From Eledone cirrhosa (Eukaryota), in the NCBI GenBank assembly GCA_964016885.1, contig OZ024742.1:53878001-53942000 (forward strand): a stretch of 64,000 bases of DNA, in the 5' to 3' direction. Position numbers and translations under genes: made by a program. Below the pieces are notes generated by a model. The model was not told the DNA's origin and did no database searches. It saw only the letters and a list, made by a program, of their open reading frames with translations. Shown here one piece after another: positions 50,976-64,000 of this stretch; the first letter of the stretch is position 1; every line of letters starts with the position of its first letter.

Positions 50976-52601
50976 GAATGGTTAAAATGTACAATGTAAA
51001 TACGCTTAAGTGAGGTTATTGGGGAAGATAGAGTAGAAAAGGAAGAGAGAAAAGAAGGGGGGTGGGAGAGAGAGAGATATGCAGGGGTCGGAGAAATGAG
51101 AGAGTAATTTTTAGATTTCGTAATCAAAATGTTGTGGTAGGGGTTTTATTATACTGGTTACTCTTAAAGCGACCACCTTAAGCGATGCGTTGATAGTCAA
51201 GGTTGGGATTATTTATTGCCCCAAAGGGCAGGTTCATAGATGTAGAGAGGGAGGGAGGTGGACCTAGGGCGAGAGAGAGAGAGGAATGGATAGAGAGGGA
51301 GAGATAGAGAGGGGACAGACGAAGCTATCGGGTGGGTGTACATTGGGTTCATAGTAGTAATCTGCGAATTGCACTAAGTTTCCATTTATAGTGATAAGCA
51401 GTGTATTCTCTTGTAGTGTGGGGGAAGAGAAAGTGGTTAGCTATAAAAAAATGTTATAGTTACGGGTTCGAATGTTAAGTTATTTTATAGTGAGAGAATT
51501 TAGCTTTCAGTTTGTGGTTGCAGTATAATGATCGTTCGATTCTATCATTTAGTAATTTATTTTTGTGAAAGCTGACAAGACCTCTAACGTGTATACCATG
51601 GATATCGATACATACAACAGCTTCATACGCAAGGAACTACACAAAAATATAGAAAAACAAGTGAAACTATGCTAGCAAATATTAACAAAGAGGCATACAA
51701 GGTGGTGAAGAATCTCAAGATATACGATAGAACCGAGCCGATTATACCCGCAACCCCCACCTTCCACCTGAAGGACCATAAGGTAAATTTTGACTCTAAC
51801 CCTACGATTATACTGTTATGCCCTTCTAAATCAGACATAGGAAAAGTTAGCAAACATATACTTGACAGAGTAATAACTCAATTGAAAAAGAAAATAGAAA
51901 CTAAATTTTGGCGCATCACTAGCGAAGCAGTTCGCTCGTTTAATAACGTTAAGAACAAGAATAAATCTAAGTTTATACAATTTGACATAGACAAATACTA
52001 CTCTTCAATCTCACCCGGCACTTTACGTAAGGCCCTATCGTTTGCTAAAGTCAATTCCGACCTAACGGAGGACGAAATTAATATTATTCTAGAGGCCAGA
52101 AAAACTATTATCAAGTTTGATAACTGCTACTGGGAACATAAGGACAGACCTACAAACTTCGACATTACCATGGGTTCCAATGACTCGGCGGAGGTCACCG
52201 ATCTTGTGGGAATTTACATAGCCCACATACTACATAGTAAATTTAGTAATCTACAGGGAGGAATATATAGAGATGACGGGCTCCTATTAGTTAATAACTT
52301 AAATAACCAAAATCTTGAAAGGCTACGGAAAACCATTAGAAAATCTTTTAGTGAACTGGGTCTAAAAATAATGTGCGAATACAATCTTAAAGTAGTAAAT
52401 TTTCTAGACGTAACTCTTAATTTAAATACCGGACTGATACGACCCATCCACAAGATAAATGAGAACCTTACCTATATCAATTTTAACTCAAACCACCCAC
52501 TTTCCATGATCAAATCGGTTCCCCGTAGTATTTCTCTTAGAATCTCTCGCCTATCGTCTGACTCTGAGATTTTTAGTGAACATGCTGAATACTATAATAA
52601 T

Positions 52602-52692
52602 TGTTTCTACTTTAGGCACAAGGCCAACAATTACCCAGTGCATTACTGGTACTTTATTTTATCGACCCCGTAAGGATGAAAGGCAAAGTCAA
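52602..52692 (-). mobile_element. 5'-truncated SINE inserted in the PLE ORF, 17-bp TSD
   Basis: CTGAATACTATAATAAT at 52585-52601 and 52693-52709. Confidence 0.92.
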
Positions 52693-54148
52693 CTGAATAC
52701 TATAATAATGCATTAAGGAATGTCGACCACCGGGATACAATAGAATACATTGATAAGAATCTCCATAACACACATAGCTCTACACGAAATCAAGGAATAC
52801 GTAACCGGGGTACTGAAATACAAGCGCACACACGCAGTACCACCAGACATACTAATAATAGAAAATCATCACCAAATAAATCACGTTGTAGAAAGTATAT
52901 CTGGTATAATCCCATTTGTAATGCTTCGATTAGTACAAAACTATCTCTTTCATTCTTTAAGTTAATCAATAAACATTTCCCTAGTTCCCATAAATACAGT
53001 AAAATTCTGAACTCTAAAACTATTAAACTATCATACTCCACGGCACCAAACCTTGAAGCATACATAAAAAACTTAACTTAAAGCAATTAAACAACACTAC
53101 AAAACAAAATATTTTAATAAAAGATGAGCATAACGTAATATCGGCCTCCCAACAACTAAATGGGAGACACGTATTACACAACCCACATGTACTGCTCTCA
53201 CAACCTATCCATGGTATACCCGCTACCGACAACAAAAACAGTAACTGCCACCTACCTGAAAGATGTCCATTGAAGAATAAATGCCTAAAGTCCAACATTG
53301 TTTACCAATGCACTGTTGAATCGAACGACTAGAAATGGTATTACATCGGGTCTACCACTACCTCCTTTAAATCTCGCTGGTACCGTCATCGATTTTCAAT
53401 TAAACATCCTGATCACCGTTTTGTGACCAAGCTCGCCAACAAGACCTGGCAACTCCGTGAACGCAACCAACAGTTCACCTTGAAATGGGATATACTTTCC
53501 AGCGCTAGTACATATCGGAGTGGATTGAAGTACTGTAGGTTATGTAACCTTGAACTCTTTTACATCTTAAAATCCAAAAATAAATTACGAAATGATAGAA
53601 TCGAACGATCATTATACTGCAACCACAAACTGAAAGCTAAATTCTCTCACTATAAAATAACTTAACATTCGAACCCGTAACTATAACATTGCTTTCTAGC
53701 TAACCACTTTCTCTTCCCCCACACTACAAACAATACCCTGCTTATCACTATAAATGGAAACTTAGTGCAATTCGCAGATTACTACTATGAACCCAATGTA
53801 CACCGACCCCATAGCTTTCGTCTGTCCCCCCCCTCTCTCTCTCTCTCTCTCACCCTAGGTCCACCTCCCTCCCTCTCCACATCTATGAACCTGCCCTCTG
53901 GGGCAATAAATAATCCCAACCTTGACTATCAACGCATCGCTTAAGGTGGTCGCTTTAAGAGTAATCAGTATAATAAAACCCCTACCACAACATTTTGATT
54001 AAGATATCTACAAACGACTCTCTCCCATTTCTCCAACCCCTGCATATCTCTCTCTCTCCCTCTCCCCTTCTTTTCTCTCTTCCTTTTCTACTCTATCTTC
54101 CCCAATAACCTCACTTAAGGGTATTTACATTGTACATTTTAACCAATC

Positions 54149-54247
54149 TGCTCTGATGATACAGTGGTCACAGCATTTGATAATAGAGTTTTGCAAATAG
54201 TTATAAATTTGCACATAGCATAACCACCGTGGAAACATTTGTAAGCA
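54149..54247 (+). ncRNA. Family E hammerhead, long stem II
   Basis: TGCT-CTGATGA(54153)-TACAGTGGT...ACCACCGTG-GAAA-CATTTG-TA|AGCA. Confidence 0.82.
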
Positions 54248-54466
54248 CACAGAATAAATTACCTTTTTATGATGTCTACCTGTTATTATTCATTCTTTAT
54301 CCACACTCCGGAATACAGAAGGATCAGGAACTAAGTTTCTTCAACAATTCTTCCATAACTCGTTGAGTAACCTCTCACCGTACGTCAACTCTATCCAGTG
54401 TAGTAATTAACCATTACTGCATCCAGGATAATCATATACCTAATATATATATATATATATATATAT

Positions 54467-56952
54467 AGGAAAATGTTCAGGACCCCGACGGCAGAGCTTT
54501 AGCCGTTTCGACGGCTATTTATGGACTAAATTAGATTTTTTAGCGTGGTAATAAATAGCCGAACCTTTCAAGGGGGTAATTCCATATATCGTCATGCGAT
54601 AATCATGCATTTCTGAAGGTTGTAGTTGTCAAAAGGATTGGTCAAAATTTCTTGTAAACACAGTTAAAGCTTTCATAGTGGTGGGTAGGGGGTGGGGTGG
54701 CTGAACTTGCTTGTAGAACAACGAGGGAGTGGGTGAAGGTTTTCAAGCGTTGAAAGTAAATTCTATGCAGCAAATTCTAAGGAGTATGGATGAAGTAGGC
54801 TAGCTAGAAAGCAAGCGAAAATAGAATTGTACAGGAATCTGAAAATTAAAAAATAAAAAAATAAAAAAATAAAAAAATAAAAAAATAAAAAAATTAAAAA
54901 ATTAAAAAATTAAAAAATTAAAAAATTAAAAAATTAAAAAATTAAAAAATTAAAAAATTAAAAAATTAAAAAATTAAAAAATTAAAAATTAAAAAATAAA
55001 AAATTAAAAAATTGAAAAATTAAAAAATAAAAATAAAAAGTAGAGCTTAAAACAGCTGCTATATTTTTGGCTGGTATGGCGTTTCCGGCCAATGCTATAT
55101 ACAATTTATGGGGATGGGGGTACAGAGGCTACAAAAGCCCGATGGGCTACATCAGGGTAAGCGAAAGAGGAAAAAAGAAAAGGAAGAGGAGAGGGAGTGG
55201 AAGTAAGTAAGAAGAGATAAAGGGAAAAAAGAAAAGAATTACATCTACCTACGTTCGGCAAGTGGGGAAAAGAAGGATGTTTCATTCATTATCTACCCAC
55301 CCGGGTCATGAGGGGGTTTGAGGGCAAGGTAAGTCCTACGCAATCGGTGTTTACAGGCGGTTACAAGTTCGTCTTTTTTGTTTAGGAGTTGGTCCTTCGT
55401 AAACAGCATTTGCATTGTTCACTCCGAGCATAAGTTAGCCTAGAAAGTAAGCTCCAAGTAAGATGGTATGTGATGTTATTATCTTGGAAGTCCCAGATGT
55501 GGCCCGAAAGTGCAGTGGCATGTCTCCGGGCCGGGTTTCTGAACGTATGTCGCTGTTGGTAGAGCCGGGTCTTAAAGTCACAGGCGGTTAATCCTATATA
55601 GGCTTTGTTGGAGTTTTCCGTCCTCACGTTGCAGTGGTAGACTACGTTACGTTCTCGGCATCTGTTGTTGAGGGGGCATGTAGATCTATCAGGGCAGTTA
55701 CACCTCCTGGTCGGCTCTCCACTAATGTCTAGATTGTTTCTTCCGTATGAGTTGAGTTTCTTGTTGTTTGAGGTAGTTGGGTGTGGTGCTGAAGGAGAGT
55801 TTGATAGTATTTTTGTTCATTATATTGTGGTAGCGGTGTTGTGGTGGGAAATGTTTTTTCGAGGAGTCTAAAGAAGATTTTCCCGATTGGTGTTGCAGCC
55901 TCGGCATTGTGGGGAGGGTTGAACCACGTTACGTGGCGTGAGCGGTGGCCTGGGTAAAAGGAGATTTTCTACCGAAAGCCGCTTCGCTTGAGGACTTGGT
56001 TGTTATAAGGCGCATGTTCATCGAATATCTGCTCATTAGTGGACAGACGAGATATGCGGCGGGAAATGTTTTAACCAGGTTATTGGTGATGTTTCTAGGA
56101 TAGTTAGAGCGGCAGTGGAGGTAGTGTAGGATGTAGTGTACCCGGGTGGGTAGATAAAGGCTGTAACATCCATCTTGCCGAACAAGATAGGGTAAACCCC
56201 AGCATACATTGGTAGATGTAATTCTTTTCTTTTTTCCCTTTATAACTTCTTCTCATTTCCTTCCACTCCCTCTCCACTTCTTTTCCCTTTTTCCTCTTTC
56301 GTTTACTGTGAGGCAGCCCATCGGGCTTTTGTAGCCTCACTACCCCCACCCCCGTAAATTCTATATAGCATTGGCCGAAAACGCCACACCAGCCAAAAAT
56401 ATAGCAGCTGTTTTAGACAAGTTTTTTATTTTATTTTTATTTTTTTTAAATTAATTTTTTAATTTTTTAATTTTTAATTTTATAATTTCCCATTTTCAAA
56501 TTCCTGTATAATTCTTTTTTCGACTGCTTTTTAGCTAGCCTAATTCATCCACACTCCTTAGAATTTGCTGTATAGAATTTACTTTCAACACTTGACCGGC
56601 TTCACCCACTCCCTCATTGTTCTACAGGCAAGTTCAGCCACCCATCCCCACCCCCTATCGACCGCCATGAAAGCTTTAACTGTGTTTACAAGAAATTTTG
56701 ACCAATCCTTTTGACAACTACAACTCTCAGAAATGCATGCTTATCGCATGAACATAAATGGAATTACCCCGTGAAAAGTTCGGCTATTTATTTCCTCGCT
56801 AAAAATCTAATTTAGTCCAGAAATAGCCGACAAAACGGCTTGAGCTCTGCCGTCGGAGTCCTGAACATTTTCCTATTACCCACTCTACTACCCAAAGTAT
56901 CGAGTACTCTGGTGCGTTATGATCCACCTAGTTCCTTACCACAGTTCCCTCG

Positions 56953-56953
<1 letters not shown>
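54467..56953. mobile_element. Older inverted PLE (family B): minus arm 54467-56140 with decayed GIY-YIG, plus arm 56140-56953; degenerate HHRs at 54482-54577(-) and ~56766-56859(+); (AAAAATT)n expansion ~54845-55040
   Basis: Homologous to 39870-41647 (YIGLTACDFKTRLYQ); tail CCTTACCACAGTTCC..GT(TA)n. Confidence 0.9.
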
Positions 56954-57018
<65 letters not shown>

Positions 57019-58439
57019 CTAAAATGAGTTAGAATGTGAAGGTGAAGGTGTGCATATATAAAGTTTATTTTTTCTTTAAACCAACAGAATGACTAATTAT
57101 ATAATTTTTGCATTAAATATATGGGGTTTCGGTTGGTATAACATATATTCGAGCTGCTCACAGAATACATGAAAAAACACTTTGTAAATATTTAATATTT
57201 AATATCTACCATTTGATAAGACTGGTGTATGAATCGACACCGGTTAAATTTAATGCAATGACTATAAAATTACTCACTCTGTCCGATTAAAACAACAATA
57301 ATCTTTAAATATACTTCTGTGCATATTCCCCTTTACATTTTAATCATAATTTTTGTTTTGCATAGAAATTTAACCCCTTTTTCAAATGTATATACATAAG
57401 GTATAATTCGTGACGTAAAGTCCATTAATTGTACGAATACATCGTCACAGAGCATGAACAAATAATATATCAAGGGTATAGAATGTATAGACACTCCGTA
57501 TATAAAAACCTGTGTGTCCCAGCCGTAAAAAGCCAAAAAGAGTTTCTAGATTTTCTTCTTTCTTGCCCTCCATTAACCAACTATAAAATGGAGGGTGGAC
57601 ATCATTCGCTCAGTATTCTTCTGTATGGGGTGAGTTATGTGGACATCTGGCAATATTTCTTGGCCTAACCCTCATATAACAATTTCTGATATAGTCATAC
57701 GGAAACAACATTTAGAAATCCATTTATCGTAGATTAAATTGATCACAGCAACACCCAGCAAGTTATTTCAGTTTAATGTATTATTGAAATATATAGAATT
57801 ACTATAGTTTAAGCAAACTACACATAAAATTAATAGTATCATAGGACACCAAAAGTATTATAGTGAAACATAATGTTCATGACAGCAAGGCTAGAAGAGA
57901 GTTCAACTCAATTTAATGTAACAGAAAATGTTCTTTAACTTGTACTGAAGTAAGTGTATATGCGCATCTGAATTATTCTTAACTATGGCTTCCAACGTTT
58001 TGTGTAAAACGATCTGCTTTCTCTTAATATAAGTTTCATGAATATAAGTTTCATTTAAGTGAGCCCAACATTGTTTACTGAAAAGATTTTTCTGTCAAAT
58101 ATATTTTATCTATTCTGAAGCAAAGCAATTACTTTCAATACAATGTTCTTATTATCTAACTTAGTCTTCTGTTTTCCTATTGTATATCACAGATTGCAAA
58201 TTATCGTTGGCCTGTAAGGATAGACTGTCCATATTAAATTACAAAGGCGTTATCCAATCGTAAATCCAATTTTTAACTAGTTCTTAAAAATAATTTTTAA
58301 CTAGTTCTTTATATATATATATTTTTTTTCACGAACACATATATTTGTGTGTGTGTGTAAGTGTATGTGCGCGCATGTGTGTATTCTTGAATTATAACGA
58401 TCCTTTTTTTACTATTTGTGACTGATGTTTGTTGATAAT

Positions 58440-58541
58440 TGGTTCTACTTTTGGCACAAGACCAGCAATTACCCAGTGTATTACCGGTACTTTATTTTAT
58501 CGACCCTGTAAGGATGAAAGGCAAAGTTAACCTCGGCGGGA
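58440..58541 (-). mobile_element. 5'-truncated SINE with 12-bp TSD
   Basis: TTTGTTGATAAT at 58428-58439 and 58542-58553; SINE core between. Confidence 0.8.
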
Positions 58542-59278
58542 TTTGTTGATAATAAAGTTAAAAGAGACTTCAACATTATCTAAGATTACTTGATAGAAAT
58601 GTCTCCAAATTGTTTGTTATAGTGACGATTCTAACATAAATTATCACACCTTAATTCGATTAAAGAATTAATTAATCTAAATCATATTCTGCAGACTTAC
58701 AATATTAAATGTAACTTTTTATATCATTTTCGCGATTATTTTTCTCTCGCAGTGGTTCAATAAAGTATCATTTAAATATATACCACTAATATTATCACAT
58801 AGTGATAGTTAAATAATTCCAAACTACAATGTATTACTGTAGTCACCGCATTTGTAAATGATTCGCTTCACAAACATAAAAGCTCGGGTGCGATCCTAAT
58901 GCGTGTAATAATTTGGTCACCATACATTACACAATCAATATTAATAACTAAATTAAATTCTTTTCACATGATGTGAAAGACATCATATTAGTGTATGAAT
59001 AATATCCTGTCGTCCAAAATTATTGCATTAAAAAAATTCTAATTAAGTAAAAAAGTGTCAATGTTTATAAAATTATGTTCGTGATCGAATGAAAGCAGAG
59101 ATCAACACGTAGTCGTCGATGTCGATTTCTTATAAGTAAAATAAGTATTTGTAAAACTCCACAACATTTTGGTAAGAAATAGTTCTTAATTGTTAATACG
59201 TATAATTCAACAATGTGCACATATCTGTATGTGTATAACATTGTGTGAGCGAGTATGCGTATTCGTGCGTTTGTGTAT

Positions 59279-59323
<45 letters not shown>

Positions 59324-60095
59324 AATATCCTCACTATAGTTCTATGTGACGTACCTTTTTGTTAGTATCCCCTTCTCCTAATTATACTCCTTCCTGTTAA
59401 TTTTAAAAATTTTTAATTTTTTAGCTGCCATTGATTCATGCGTTACTGACTAAGGGCATCAAGGTACATAACCACCTGCAATTGCATGGGTATACATATA
59501 TCTATGTATGTATGATAAGAGAATACCTAATATATATTTGTGAAATGGGTGGTGGTTGAAATTCAGTTGTGCACGGTTAAATGGTAGTAGACGTGGTCGG
59601 ACGGATAAGAAGATTTACACACCTATGTAAAAAGTGCCAAGGCAGCAAATAGACGCGGTTTCAAAACTCTAACTTGAAAAATGTGGTCCCTAGGGCCCCC
59701 AAACGGTCTATTTGCTATCGCTTCCGGTGAGTTATTTCCCTCTGTTCTAATAATTGGATGAGTTATCTTCCGTAGTCACTTTCAATAATCATTGTCTTAT
59801 TTCATACAAATTTTTAAACTCATCAATTTTTTCATAACATATCAAACACAACGTTCTTTCGCTGTTTTTGAAAAATATTATTGAAAGTTTATTATAAAGA
59901 AGCAGTTTCATGAAAAAAAATAGAAATATGTACTTGGGGCAGGACGGCGTACAATGAGAAGTGGAGCGACGTGAAAAGCGTTGTTTACTAACAGCGAAAT
60001 AGCAATGTCGATGATATGCAAGTTTGAAAATGCAGATTATGAAGGTTTGTATGATAGTTTACACTTTGATTGCCCTGGTCAGCAAGCATCATCTT

Positions 60096-60160
60096 ATTTT
60101 ATCTGATGAGGACGTACTGTTGAAAATAGGTCAGTACCTCTGAAATATGTATAATAAAAT
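60096..60160 (+). ncRNA. Second copy of the 44654 hammerhead
   Basis: ATTTTAT-CTGATGA-GGACGTACTG...CAGTACCTCT-GAAA-TATGTA-TA|ATAAAAT. Confidence 0.8.
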
Positions 60161-60326
60161 TTACTTGATCACACGAATGTCTATATTTGTTAATATTTTG
60201 AATTAATATATATATATTAACCATAGGATTAGTGGTATTAGGAATTATAATTCTTTCCATCGAAATTACATATTGAAATATGTGCTTTGTATATATATAA
60301 AATACTGTGTTCTCATAACATATATG

Positions 60327-60454
<128 letters not shown>

Positions 60455-60614
60455 TCTAGAAAGTGAACAATACAATATATAACTACTCCATGTTGACTTA
60501 GATTTTATATATATATATATATGCATATATATATATATGTATATTATATATATGCATATATATATATATATTATATATATATATATGCATATATATATAT
60601 ATATATTATATATA

Positions 60615-60666
<52 letters not shown>

Positions 60667-60670
60667 ATAT

Positions 60671-60932
60671 TTAGAAAGTGTGAACAACACAAAATATGAT
60701 TACTCCATTACCAAAGGTTTCTGGATCCCAGACAAATGAAATTTCATATCTTTTATCCATAACATGGATAAAACATCTGATGACCGATCCAGACTTATAT
60801 CATTATTGTCTGGGATCCATAAACCTTTGGTAATGGAGTAGTTATATTTTGTGTTGTACACTTTCTAATTAAATCGCTCTGTTCTATACATAGAGCACTC
60901 TTTTTTCCTTTGTTTTCCTTCGGAAGTACTGG
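60671..60932. mobile_element. ORF-less inverted HHR mini-element; HHR 60774-60835(+) has a G12U change while the mirror half-copy keeps GAAA
   Basis: CAT-CTGATGA-CCGATCCAGAC...GTCTGGGATCCA-TAAA-CCTTTGG-TA|ATG; 60671-60735 mirrors ~60806-60868. Confidence 0.7.
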
Positions 60933-60982
60933 TGTGTGTGTGCGTTTGCGCGTGTGGGTGTGTTAGGTAATTCCGAAGGAAA

Positions 60983-64000
<3,018 letters not shown>

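Larger units (their letters stand above)
50811..54443. mobile_element. Inverted PLE (family E): minus arm 50811-51565; plus arm 51565-54443 carrying RT and GIY-YIG remnants
   Basis: ORF 51669-52673 has LKDHK, QFDIDKYY, DITMGS, GIYRDDG and VNFLDV; later CHLPERCPLKNKC, YYIGSTT and CRLC; minus arm mirrors ~53575-54300. Confidence 0.93.

Overview
AT-rich, gene-poor metazoan DNA. It is most likely octopus (coleoid cephalopod), inferred from the tRNA-derived SINE family and the extreme density of (TA)n/(CA)n/(TATG)n microsatellites. Most short ORFs in the track are microsatellite artefacts, and no host protein-coding gene can be supported. The window is a cluster of Penelope-like retroelements (PLEs; RT plus C-terminal GIY-YIG endonuclease) from several families. 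Nearly all are built as inverted, head-to-head two-arm insertions whose 3' ends point outward into (TA)n. Also present: a decayed autonomous Helitron, non-autonomous Helitron-type elements, two RTE-like LINE remnants, many SINEs and a 630-bp satellite with dimeric higher-order structure. The main hidden signal, read by eye, is about 30 type-I hammerhead ribozyme (HHR) motifs from roughly 10 sequence families. They include compensatory U3-A8 cores (UUGAnAA), U4C cores (CCGAnGA), very long branched stem II inserts (up to ~110 nt) and family-specific palindromic stem III. Several sit in ORF-less palindromic mini-elements, in a 193-nt retrozyme-like tandem unit, and in an apparent Helitron/HHR chimera. 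All RNA structures were paired manually, element boundaries are approximate to a few bases, and nothing was database-searched.
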